Notes: generated from the letters alone by a model not told the origin. Positions 1-9,381 are shown, counted from the first letter of the stretch. The stretch: 32,000 bases of DNA from Candidatus Harpocratesius repetitus (GCA_021498095.1 JAIZWK010000001.1:3150001-3182000), one strand, 5' to 3'. Numbers and translations: made by a program.

Positions 1-13
1 ATGGAAGGAATTC

Positions 14-538
14 ATGGAATATTCTCGCTCATCTAAAGATGATTTCTTTAAATCTCATCCTCAATCACCTCTTTCTAAAAGTGATAGAGCCAATTTTGAT
101 GGTTTGAATTATTTTCCCCTTAATTTTGCTTACCGTTTGATATTAAATTTGTATGAATATTCTGAGAAAGAAACAGTAGAAATTCAAGATACAGGTAATA
201 ACTTACGCCATTATTTACGTTGGGGAAAATTTGAATTTACTTTAAAGGGAAAAAATGCTACACTTCATGTATACAAAAGTCAACCTTCTGATCCAAATCT
301 TTTTCTGCCATTTCGCGACAAAACAAATGGTGATACAACTTATGGTGCAGGTCGTTATCTGGATTTAGAAGAAGGCCGGGATCAAACAGAAGATGGAAGA
401 TGGATTGTCGATTTTAATCGTGCTTATAATCCATTTTGTGCTTACAGCAATAATTACGTTTGTCCCTTTGTACCGATAGAAAATTGGCTGGATATTCCAA
501 TTGAAGCAGGAGAAAAAAAATTCAACGATGACCATTAA
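14..538 (+). CDS. DUF1684 family protein
   Basis: 174 aa with the typical DUF1684 motifs F.GL.YFP, LFLPFRDKTNG..TYGAGRYLD and DFNRAYNPFCAYS...CP. Confidence 0.9.
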   Translation: MEYSRSSKDDFFKSHPQSPLSKSDRANFDGLNYFPLNFAYRLILNLYEYSEKETVEIQDTGNNLRHYLRWGKFEFTLKGKNATLHVYKSQPSDPNLFLPFRDKTNGDTTYGAGRYLDLEEGRDQTEDGRWIVDFNRAYNPFCAYSNNYVCPFVPIENWLDIPIEAGEKKFNDDH

Positions 539-565
539 GGATGATCATTAAAGATTATTATTAAA
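527..565. repeat. Degenerate 13-bp tandem repeat x3 at a convergent gene junction
   Basis: GATGACCATTAAG / GATGATCATTAAA / GATTATTATTAAA (527-539, 540-552, 553-565), followed by a partial GATGA. Confidence 0.6.
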
Positions 566-2301
566 GATGAAAGTTTTTTCACAATTTTTATTGCGTCCTT
601 TCCTCCCATTCCTCCTGGAATGGTAAGATCCATAAAAATCAGATTGTATGGATCATTCTGAAGTGAATTCTTTTGAAGAAGCGACAAAATTTCATTTCCA
701 TCATAACATGAATCCATTTGATAACCCCACTTATTAAATATCTTTTGTAGAAAACTATGTATTTTCTGATCATCATCCATTACTAAAATTTTTCCTTCTT
801 TTTGAAGTAAAGAACTTCCTTTTTTTTCTAAAGGAGAAACATCTTGAATTTCTGAGATGGGAAGATAAATTTCAAATCGAGTACCTTTGTTGACTTCAGA
901 AGTAAAAATTATATGTCCTCCGTGGTTTTTGACTATCGAATAAGCCATGGTCAACCCTAAACCATTCCCCCCAATTTTAGTTGAGAAATAAGGATCAAAG
1001 ATTTTTGACCAGTATTTTTTCGGGATTCCAATCCCTGTATCTTGAATTGCAATTTTGATATAACGCCCATTATTTAAGGGAATTAAAGAATCTGCATGAA
1101 GTAATACAACAGAAGCATATATTGTAATTATACCTCCTTCGGGCATAGCTTGTCTAGAATTAATTATCATATTATTTAGCACTTGACTGATTTGGCTAGA
1201 ATCAATTTTAACGTGAGGTAAAGCGGGTTGAATTCTAAATTTAGGCTTGCAATTTGAACCTCTTAAGACAAATCGGGCACTCTCTCGAATTAAACTATTA
1301 ATATTCGTTACTTTTCGGATGGGTAAACCTCCTTTTGAAAATGTTAACAGTTGTTTAGCCAAATCTCGCGCTTGAAAAGAAGCCGCTTCTAGATCGTAAA
1401 TAATATCAATTTGTTCTTCAGTTAAATTTGAAGCATCTATTTTAAGTAAATCAATATTCCCTAAGATAGATACTAAAATATTGTTAAAATCATGAGCTAT
1501 TCCCCCAGCCAGTAGTCCAATTGATTTAATATTCTGTTCACGATATTTTTCTTCGGTTTGCTTCTTCCTTTGTGTAATATCTCGAGCGATTACTAAAAGA
1601 CCAACATATTTATTTTCTCTGAAAATAATGCGAGAAAGGATTTCAACAGGAATAATTTCTCCATTTTTTAATTTTAATGCAATTTCATAAAGAGTTTTAT
1701 CTGTTTTTTGCATTTTTTTCAATAGTACCATTTTTTGGATTAAAGTATGAAATTCCTCAGGAATAAAATCAAGGGCAGAACAATCTATCAAATCCTGCTC
1801 TGAATATCCCATGATTTCTGAAACTGCAGGATTGATTTTTTTTATAATTAGATTATTATCAAGGAGAAAAATCATATCCCGCAAATTTTCAACAATTTCA
1901 CGATATTCTTGTTCCTTTTCAAGAACATCACGCTCGCTCTTTCTTTGAGCAGTAATATCACGAAAAAAAGTTAAGCTTTCATCTTGGATTTTAATATCCT
2001 GCATAATCACCTCTTTAATCTCCCCATTTTTGCAAACAATTTTCCGTTCTCTAGGTGCGAATGGATCATATCCTGGTAATTTAATGGTTTGTAATATTTT
2101 TTTTCGATATTCAATATCTGGATAAGCTTTATAAGACCATGTTTTTTCATTTGGTAAATCAATAAGATCATATCCGAATTTTGAATTAAAAGCAGTATTT
2201 ACATATACAAACCTTCCTCTATTATCTGTAATAACTATCGGTAAGGGAAAAAATTCGACGATTTTTTGAAAACGTTCTTTTTTGATATTTTCAATCGACA
2301 T
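535..2301 (-). CDS. PAS-PAS hybrid sensor histidine kinase with a C-terminally truncated receiver domain
   Basis: Two PAS domains; H-box LAGGIAHDFNNIL; N box QVLNNMIINS; G1 DTGIGIP; F box IFDPYFSTK; G2 GNGLGL. The receiver starts (ILVMDDD...LIFMDLTIPGGMGG) but ends before the conserved Ser/Thr and Lys. Confidence 0.9.
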   Translation of the reverse strand: MSIENIKKERFQKIVEFFPLPIVITDNRGRFVYVNTAFNSKFGYDLIDLPNEKTWSYKAYPDIEYRKKILQTIKLPGYDPFAPRERKIVCKNGEIKEVIMQDIKIQDESLTFFRDITAQRKSERDVLEKEQEYREIVENLRDMIFLLDNNLIIKKINPAVSEIMGYSEQDLIDCSALDFIPEEFHTLIQKMVLLKKMQKTDKTLYEIALKLKNGEIIPVEILSRIIFRENKYVGLLVIARDITQRKKQTEEKYREQNIKSIGLLAGGIAHDFNNILVSILGNIDLLKIDASNLTEEQIDIIYDLEAASFQARDLAKQLLTFSKGGLPIRKVTNINSLIRESARFVLRGSNCKPKFRIQPALPHVKIDSSQISQVLNNMIINSRQAMPEGGIITIYASVVLLHADSLIPLNNGRYIKIAIQDTGIGIPKKYWSKIFDPYFSTKIGGNGLGLTMAYSIVKNHGGHIIFTSEVNKGTRFEIYLPISEIQDVSPLEKKGSSLLQKEGKILVMDDDQKIHSFLQKIFNKWGYQMDSCYDGNEILSLLQKNSLQNDPYNLIFMDLTIPGGMGGKDAIKIVKKLSSLIIIFNDHP

Positions 2302-2460
2302 TAATACTAAAATAGAGTGAAAATCACTAAAAATAGGTTTTTATTAGAAAGATTTTAATAAAAAAGTGGAAAGTTATCCTTTTTTTATCGTCGATAATTT
2401 TTTGGAAAGATAAACATTATTTTTATCCATTTCTATAAATTTATTTTTAAGGATAAATAT

Positions 2461-3732
2461 TTATCCTTTATTTTTAGTTATACACCACCATTCTTGCTGT
2501 GGTGTGAGAAAAAATTTACATCCATTCTGAGTAATTTGAATCATCTCTTCCAAAGAGACAATACCGTAGTGTGCAGTCTTTACTTCTAATTCTAAGGTAA
2601 AAACATTATCTATTTCTATTATTCCTTTTGGTGCTTCTCCATAACGTTCCCAAAGAGGACCTAATAATATACCACCGTCATGAGCAGCAGTACCAACTTG
2701 ATGACCTAAAGCATGACCGAATTCTTCATAACCTTGGGAGGTTACATATTTTCTGGCAATTTCATCAACTTCAAACCCTCGTACACCAGGATGAATAAAT
2801 TCTGACGCTTTTTTTATTGCTGTTTTAACAGTTTCAAAAGCGTGAATCAATTCCTCTGGGATTTCATCTTTAGTTCCGAAAAACCACATGCGTTGAATAT
2901 CGGAGCAGTATCCATGATATTTCACCCCAAAATCATTATGAAGAGTATTATGTAATTTTGTTATTTGTGTTGAAAGAGGTCCTGTATGACCAACAACTTT
3001 ATCTGGGCCTGCATCAACCATTGGACAATGCTCCGCCAACCATGCATGAGATACACCGTATTTTTGCATCTCTTGCTGAAACAAATCATAAATTTCAGTT
3101 TCTGTCATTCCAATTGAGATCTGGGAAGAAATGGAATGATTGATTTTATCTGTAATTTGACATGCTTCATTTATAAAAGCGATTTCATTAGAAGTTTTTC
3201 GTCCTCGCAATTTTTGGATAATTTTTTCTGCAGATTGAAAGCGATCGACAAATTCAGGTAGCATTTTTTTTAAAACTTCAAAAAGACCGTGAGATAATCC
3301 ATCAGCTACAACATCAGTTTCAGAATAATTTAAAGCAATAGATTTTGGATTTAGTTGATTTAAAAAAGGTTGTAATATTGCTGAAATTCCTTTTTTATAT
3401 CCAATTACTTCATCCCAAATACCTTTTCTTTGTTGAGCAGGGACATCAAAATTACCAACAATTGCAGTTTTTCTAAATTTATTATCTTTATTAGAAAAAA
3501 TAAAGGCAGAAATCCAAACTAATTCACCACTGATTACCAAATTCTGAATAGGATCGGGATTTGAAGCTGTTTCACGAACAACAATCATCCAGCACTCAAT
3601 ATTCTCTTCCTTCATAATTTCTGCGACTTGTTGATGCTTTTCTCGAATTATTATAATATTTTCAGCAATGGTGAGTTTACTTTCATCAATTTTTTTAGAG
3701 ATATTCATAAAATTACCCATATTCTTTTCCAT
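2461..3732 (-). CDS. M24 family Xaa-Pro aminopeptidase
   Basis: Metal-ligand motifs HNDFG, YCSDIQR, FGHALGHQVG..AHD, FTLE and SLEE; creatinase-like N-domain. Confidence 0.9.
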   Translation of the reverse strand: MEKNMGNFMNISKKIDESKLTIAENIIIIREKHQQVAEIMKEENIECWMIVVRETASNPDPIQNLVISGELVWISAFIFSNKDNKFRKTAIVGNFDVPAQQRKGIWDEVIGYKKGISAILQPFLNQLNPKSIALNYSETDVVADGLSHGLFEVLKKMLPEFVDRFQSAEKIIQKLRGRKTSNEIAFINEACQITDKINHSISSQISIGMTETEIYDLFQQEMQKYGVSHAWLAEHCPMVDAGPDKVVGHTGPLSTQITKLHNTLHNDFGVKYHGYCSDIQRMWFFGTKDEIPEELIHAFETVKTAIKKASEFIHPGVRGFEVDEIARKYVTSQGYEEFGHALGHQVGTAAHDGGILLGPLWERYGEAPKGIIEIDNVFTLELEVKTAHYGIVSLEEMIQITQNGCKFFLTPQQEWWCITKNKG

Positions 3733-3903
3733 CGATTTAAAAAAATCAATTTAGTATTAAAGACTTTTTTAAAAACGATCCTTTTATCGGCTTGTAAATC
3801 ATAAATAATGCTTAAATCGATTTAAAATAATAGCAAGAGTTGATTTACTTTATCTTGATATTTTGAAAAATATACTAGCAATCAATTATTCCATAACTCA
3901 AAT

Positions 3904-4464
3904 TTATGAATTCTTTAATTCATTTGCAATTTCAGGATAATCTTGAAAAAAGTTCAATGCTTCTTCACGGAGTTTTGAAAGAGGAAAAAAACCAGAATGA
4001 ACTGAACTATCCAATTTCTTTAAAATAAAAGCCCTTTGATACTCTGTCAAACGTTTATCCATTTGAAAATAAAAATTTTCCATTTCAAATTTTTTATGTT
4101 TAGATACAAGCACTTTTAATTCTGACATTGAAGTTTCAATGGTTAAATATGGATCATATGTAAGATTCTTTCGAATTCGGTTTAAAATATACAAGATTGA
4201 GGAGTGTTCATGATAAAGACGAATCAAGAATTCCTTTTCTACATCTGCATCCACTTGAAAAAAATGCAAAATTGCTTTTTCTTCCAAATAAAAATGACGT
4301 TCAACCATCCAAATGAATTCTTTTAAAAATCTTGGATTTTCCTCACTAGATGTGTGATTATTAAAATATTTTAACAAAGTTTCAATAATATGATCATGAT
4401 CTTCACTAAATCTCTTTGCAATTGATGATTTTTCAACAAATATATTAGTTCGATGATTGCTCAT
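3904..4464 (-). CDS. Hemerythrin/HHE cation-binding domain protein
   Basis: His/Glu pattern EDHDHI, HFYLEE, HEH, HKKFE typical of hemerythrin-like four-helix bundles. Confidence 0.75.
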   Translation of the reverse strand: MSNHRTNIFVEKSSIAKRFSEDHDHIIETLLKYFNNHTSSEENPRFLKEFIWMVERHFYLEEKAILHFFQVDADVEKEFLIRLYHEHSSILYILNRIRKNLTYDPYLTIETSMSELKVLVSKHKKFEMENFYFQMDKRLTEYQRAFILKKLDSSVHSGFFPLSKLREEALNFFQDYPEIANELKNS

Positions 4465-4763
4465 ACGATATTGATCACTATAAAATACAGAGGAGAAATT
4501 AAACTATATATTTTTATGCTATTTATTATTAAAGCAAACGACAAATTGATTATAAAAAAAAGAATTTCAACTATAACAAAAATCGCTCAAATTTAAGAAA
4601 ATTTTCTTTCTATCTTGGGTAAATCATTCAATATACTTTCCATATTTAAATTTTAAACGAAAAAAGCAAGAAAATAGAATCTTTGGTATAGAATTTATCA
4701 GATTTTTAGATTTGCTAACATATTTAGATTATTATTTTTTTTGTCGGTTAATTTATATAGAAA

Positions 4764-5609
4764 ATGTCGCATCTTCCCCCATTCCACTTGGATGATTTCA
4801 CTTATTATGGCAGTATTTTTGATGTAATTGAAAATGGAGAAAAAGTATTACAGCATATTACCAATTATTGCTGTGAATATCCTGTAAATAACTTTTTAAC
4901 ACCTGCAACAAATTATAATGCTTTTTTTAGATTTGCAGGAAAATTAAATATCCCTTTTAGATATTATAATAAATTCACAATTTTTAAAGCACCATCTGAA
5001 TTAAAGAATGATTTAAATCCATTTATAAAAATAATCAAAAAATTCGAAAAAAATCACAAAAAACAAGCATCAAGAGTAGATTGTCTAATCGGGTTATATG
5101 CTATGATATATCATTGGAAAGTTATTTCCTACGACAACGATTTACTTTTGGGCCTTCAAAATGAACTTAATATTGAAGTTGATCAAGCTTTTGAGATTAA
5201 ACGACTCCATTTATCCGGTTCCTTTATCTTAGATACAAATGTACTGATCTACATTCTAAATAATAATAAAATGCATGCTCATTTTATCAAAGATATCTTT
5301 TTAGATGAAAAAATTCACCTGATTATTCCTGTATGTGTCCTTGAAGAATTTGAGCGTGTTCAAAAATCTATAAAAAATTCAAATTTGAAAAAAATTAAAG
5401 TAAATCAAAATTCAAGAAAAACGATTGATAAAAAACATAAAAATCAAAAAAACCATAAAAACAATAAAAACCACACTAATTTCTCAAATTATGATATAAA
5501 TGAGCGTAATATTTTCAAAGGAAAGCATAATAGACGATATGGTAAAAAAAATCGCTCAAAAAGACATTTTAGAACTAATTTTGATCGATATAATAATTAC
5601 ATAAGATAA
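4764..5609 (+). CDS. PIN-domain-like protein with a basic low-complexity tail
   Basis: ILDTNVLIY...LIIPVCVLEEF is the PIN N-terminal signature. VDCLI...A....VISYDNDL upstream resembles the PIN C-terminal half. The C-terminus is K/N/R-rich. Confidence 0.6.
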   Translation: MSHLPPFHLDDFTYYGSIFDVIENGEKVLQHITNYCCEYPVNNFLTPATNYNAFFRFAGKLNIPFRYYNKFTIFKAPSELKNDLNPFIKIIKKFEKNHKKQASRVDCLIGLYAMIYHWKVISYDNDLLLGLQNELNIEVDQAFEIKRLHLSGSFILDTNVLIYILNNNKMHAHFIKDIFLDEKIHLIIPVCVLEEFERVQKSIKNSNLKKIKVNQNSRKTIDKKHKNQKNHKNNKNHTNFSNYDINERNIFKGKHNRRYGKKNRSKRHFRTNFDRYNNYIR

Positions 5610-5710
5610 AATGGAAAATCAAATATAATAAAACAAAAATGAGCCATAATAGTAGATATAATTTGATTTAAAAGATTAAAATTATACGAATAGAAAGAAA
5701 AAATAATATT

Positions 5711-5735
5711 GCGATATGTTTACAAGGTATATCGC
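5711..5735 (-). terminator. Hairpin followed by a T-rich tract; putative terminator of the hdrA-mvhD transcript
   Basis: Perfect 7-bp stem GCGATAT/ATATCGC with an 11-nt loop, followed on the minus strand by a T-rich run, just downstream of the SECIS. It lies between convergent genes. Confidence 0.5.
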
Positions 5736-5771
5736 GGATAAGATATGCACTTTTATTTTTTACTAGTCAAA

Positions 5772-5849
5772 CTCGATGGGTTGTCATCCTTGCTGGATCC
5801 ATCCTGTATGCCACAAAGTTTACGGCAAACATTCATCTGAACCATCGAG
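5772..5849 (-). promoter_or_regulatory. Eukaryote-type SECIS element in the 3' UTR of mvhD
   Basis: Minus strand: outer stem CTCGATGG/CCATCGAG; core AUGA (5836-5833) opposite GGAU giving tandem G.A pairs; helix II UGUUUGCCG/UGGCAUACA; apical loop UAAACUUUG containing AAA. It begins 26 nt after the stop of a gene with in-frame UGAs. Confidence 0.85.
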
Positions 5850-5875
5850 ATAGATCGATATGTAATTAATAGCCT

Positions 5876-6349
5876 TTATTTCGTTTTACTGGCTTTTTTC
5901 CGTGCTTTTGCGGCGGCTTTGGCGGTAGCTTCGATTTGAAATTGATGCAATTTTGAGGGTCCCAGTTTTCTGATTGTATTATCCATTTCTACTGCAAATT
6001 GTCGGAACCGCTCCCCTTCAGCGGCACTGACGAATATCATTCGAATGCGTTCACGTTCTAATCCGATGGTTTCTAATATATCCTGCAAATACGCAACTAA
6101 TTTCTGAGCATATTCGTTACCTTTGTTAAAATCGCATTCATGGATATGTCATCCACCAATAATGACTCCGTCGGCACCCCTATTGAAGGCGCGCATAACC
6201 ATATCCGCACTAACCCGAGCGGTGCATAATACCCTAACTGGTCGAATACTTGCAGGATATTGGGCACGAATTGTACCCGCCATATCCGCTGCTCCGTATC
6301 CTCATTTCCAGCACAAAAACGCCACTATACGGGGATTAAATTCGGACAT
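5876..6349 (-). CDS. mvhD: Methyl-viologen-reducing hydrogenase delta subunit (MvhD/VhuD), selenoprotein with 2 Sec (U16, U67), 157 aa
   Basis: ATG at 6349 after a GGAGG RBS. Translation MSEFNPRIVAFLCWK-U-GYGAADMAG...RVLCTARV...GADGVIIGG-U-HIHECDF...IGLERERIRMIFVSAAEG. TGA at 6304-6302 and 6151-6149 both sit at conserved [2Fe-2S] Cys positions. Confidence 0.93.
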
Positions 6350-6350
6350 T

Positions 6351-8333
6351 TTATGAACTGCCTCCTTCTTTTAAGGCATCTATTAAAATTGCATCAATTT
6401 GGCTTTCGTATTGCTCACCCCGATAATACCGAACAGTAATTGCTTCGCTGGGACAAACCGAGACACATAAACCACAACCCCGGCATAAAATATTATCCAC
6501 AATTGCTCCTTTCTCACGGCTAATCGTTATTGCATGATATGTACATGCATCAGCGCACATCCCACATCGAGCACATTTAGTTTCATCCGAAATTGCACGA
6601 ATGAGACTTATTCGATATTCACCATTAGAGAGCAGTTTTCCTATGGATGATGCTGCCCCTTTTGCTTGCATAATGGACTCTGAAATAGCTTTTGGTCCAT
6701 GACATGCTCCGGCGAGAACAATTCCCGGCACATCGGTATCTACAGTATTGAGACGTTGGTGAAACTCTTTTAAGAAGCCACTGGTATGTTTTGAAAGATT
6801 CATGACCTCATTTAACTTATCAAAGGTGCGTGAAGGCATCATTGCTGCCGACAACACAACCATATCAAATTCATATTCACGAATGGTTTTATCCGGACTA
6901 AGAGTATCTTCTAAGACCACCTTAAGATTCCCAGTACGAGAATCTTCCCGAATACGGCCCACTTTCGATCGGATAAATTTTACACCCTCTTTTCGAGATG
7001 CTGTGTAATACTCTTCATAACCTTTCCCAGCTGCTCGAATATCGATATAGGCCACTACCACTTCAATTGATGGATCATGACTTTTCACGAGTTTGGCATT
7101 TTTAATGCTCACCATACAGCATACTCCACTTGAACAGTAAACGTTTCGGTTTATATCACGTGAACCGACGCACTGAACAAATAATACACTTTCAGGAGGC
7201 TTTCCATCAGATGGACGATGGAGATGACCAACCACCGGTCCATTTGGAGCAAGCATCCTTTCTAATGAGAGCTGGGTTATGACATTTTCAAATTTACCAT
7301 AACCTAAATAGCCATACTCGGGTTCATATTCATCCCAACCAGTTGCCATGATAATCCCTCCGACTTTAACCTTAAATCGTGTATCTTTTTGGTCAAAGTT
7401 AACAGCATGCAATTCACACACGTTTTGACAATTACCACACTTAATACACGCATCCATATCGATTTGAGCTCGCATGGGCACCGCTTGTGAGAAAGCAAGA
7501 TAGATCGCCTGCTGAGGCTTCATTCCTTGATCAAAGCCACAAGGATTAGTCGCAGGACAAACTTCGAAACATGAACCACACCCATTACAATCGTCGTTAG
7601 TATACCGTGCATGTTGAAGAATCTCGATTTCGAAATTTCCAACATAACCTTGTACATCTACAACTTCAGAAAGGGTAAACAATTCAATATTCGGATTTCG
7701 TTGCGTTTCTAACATAACGGGCCCCAATATTCAAATACTACAATCATCTGTAGGGAAAGTACGATCCAACATGCTCATTTTGCCACCAATTGTCGGATTT
7801 TGTTCAACTAGATACACTCTATGCCCTTGATTGGCTAAATCAAGTGCAGATTGTAATCCAGCAACACCACCACCAATGACAAGAACTGCATCACTAACAG
7901 GAACTATTTTTTCAGGTACGACTTCCAAGCGTGCTGCTCGAGCCACACCTGCTCGAATTTGTTCTTTAGCAACGGTAGTAGCATCATCCCGATTTTTTTG
8001 ATGAACAAAACTGGAATGTTCTCGAATATTCACGAACTCCAGAAAGGACGGATCAAGCCCGCAGTCTTTCAAAACTGCTCGAAAAACTGGTTCATGCGTT
8101 TTCGGAGTGCATGCTGCAACGACAACACGATTAAGATCATAGTCTTCTACTGCTTTGCGAATGAAATCGGCTCCGGACGTTGTTCAAAGGGAGAGATATC
8201 GTTCCGCATAGTATACATTTGGAAGTGTTTTGGAAAATTCAACCACTTCGTCCATGTGTACAACGCCTGCAATATTAATTCCGCAATCACATGGAAAAAC
8301 TCCAATTCGTATTTCATTTGGGTCTTTAGACAT
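6351..8333 (-). CDS. hdrA: Heterodisulfide reductase subunit A (FAD/Fe-S), selenoprotein with 2 Sec (U50, U201), 660 aa
   Basis: One frame from ATG 8333 to TAA 6351 if TGA 8186-8184 (YLSL-U-TTSG) and TGA 7733-7731 (TFPTDDCSI-U-ILGP) are read through. Also has RIGVFPCDCGINI, AACTPKTHE, GGGVAG FAD motif, four CxxCxxCxxxC motifs and CVGSRD..YCS..VCCM. Confidence 0.93.
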
Positions 8334-8422
8334 AATCTGTCAAATCCAAGATTAAGAACTGGTGTTTTTTGGAATTGCTAGTTTGTAACTATTGGGTAGT
8401 ACGAAATTAATTGATGTTTTTA

Positions 8423-8490
8423 GTCCATCTATGGATTTCCCCGCTCCGGCTGAAATTGAAAGAGCGGGCTATCACTCCATATCATCGGAC
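8423..8490 (-). promoter_or_regulatory. K-turn/SECIS-core-like stem-loop upstream of hdrA
   Basis: Minus strand GTCC-GA-UGAU-AUGGA-GUGAUAG-CCCGCUC-loop-GAGCGGG-GAAA-UCCAU-AGAU-GGAC: three stacked helices with a UGA/GA core. Confidence 0.55.
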
Positions 8491-8679
8491 AGTAACTAAG
8501 TATGTGAAAGCGAAAATGAATAAGAATATTTTCCTTATGAGAGCACATGGAACTTGATCATCAAAATATTATTGATGATTTAAGGATAGATGAAAAATAC
8601 GATGGAAAATGCTTTTTTATAAATGTGGGATTATTTTCCCATAGAAATAACAAAAAATGCAACAATACGTCATCATTTA

Positions 8680-9123
8680 TTATTTCTTTGGAAGATGAAG
8701 GACTTTTTTCATTATTTCATCTGATTTTTGCAAATCTTGGAGAATTTCAGAAGAAATACTTGCCAAATCGGGTAAACAATCTTTAATTGTCGGGTAATTT
8801 ACAATTACAGGAATGAAATGCTTACGCATTCGAACTATATTTTGCCCCATGCGTTTAGCAACAAGAACTCTAACATCTTCCTGTTTCATTGTTTTCGAGA
8901 CATTAAAGGCTTTAATTGGATCACCATGCCGGCTCTCTTCTGGTGTTATATTTGGAATTGTCTTCAGTAATTTAATTTCATTATTTGTTAAATTCCACTT
9001 ATAAATCAGAAAAAACTTGCACGATCCGAAATGTTCGTCAGAAAATGTAGATTTATCATCAGTTCCGATGGCTACATTAATTATTTTGGTATTTTGTTCA
9101 GATTGTGGGTTAAAATCATTCAT
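8680..9123 (-). CDS. NifB/NifX (dinitrogenase Fe-Mo cofactor biosynthesis) family protein
   Basis: VAIGTDD.....EHFGSCKFFLIY, HG motif and VRVLVAKRMG match the NifX/NifB-like fold pattern. Confidence 0.8.
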   Translation of the reverse strand: MNDFNPQSEQNTKIINVAIGTDDKSTFSDEHFGSCKFFLIYKWNLTNNEIKLLKTIPNITPEESRHGDPIKAFNVSKTMKQEDVRVLVAKRMGQNIVRMRKHFIPVIVNYPTIKDCLPDLASISSEILQDLQKSDEIMKKVLHLPKK

Positions 9124-9208
9124 TTATTATTCTCTCAAATTTGTTATTTGCTTAATTTTCATTAATTATTATTTCCTGTACTTCAATGATTTTGTGACAA
9201 TTTTTTAC

Positions 9209-9224
9209 TGATCAAACTTGATCA
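9209..9224 (+). repeat. 16-bp repeat copy A (TGATCAAACTTGATCA), candidate right end of the element
   Basis: Exact reverse complement of 21798-21813. Adjacent hairpin AACCAG/CTGGTT at 9224-9243. Confidence 0.7.
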
Positions 9225-9381
9225 ACCAGTATCACTGCTGGTTATTTTTATTAATAGGTCCCTGCTATATAAATGTTATGAAAAAAATTGAAGCCGAATT
9301 GCCGCAATCATGCCTAAATACCACTGATTTTGAATAGTTAAAGCGGGAAAATATATTTTTCAATTAATCATATAAAATGAA

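Noticed and set aside
5876-8333. hdrA and mvhD as pseudogene fragments
   Set aside because: All four interruptions are TGA, in frame, at conserved Cys positions, and a SECIS follows. Sec recoding explains them better.
6123-8381. Plus-strand ORFs 6123-6356, 6802-7008 and 7959-8381
   Set aside because: Antisense shadows of mvhD and hdrA with no motifs.
9190-9208. Target-site duplication flanking the element
   Set aside because: No matching direct repeat is seen outside the two 16-bp repeats. None is expected for serine-recombinase IS607 elements, so this neither supports nor refutes the element.
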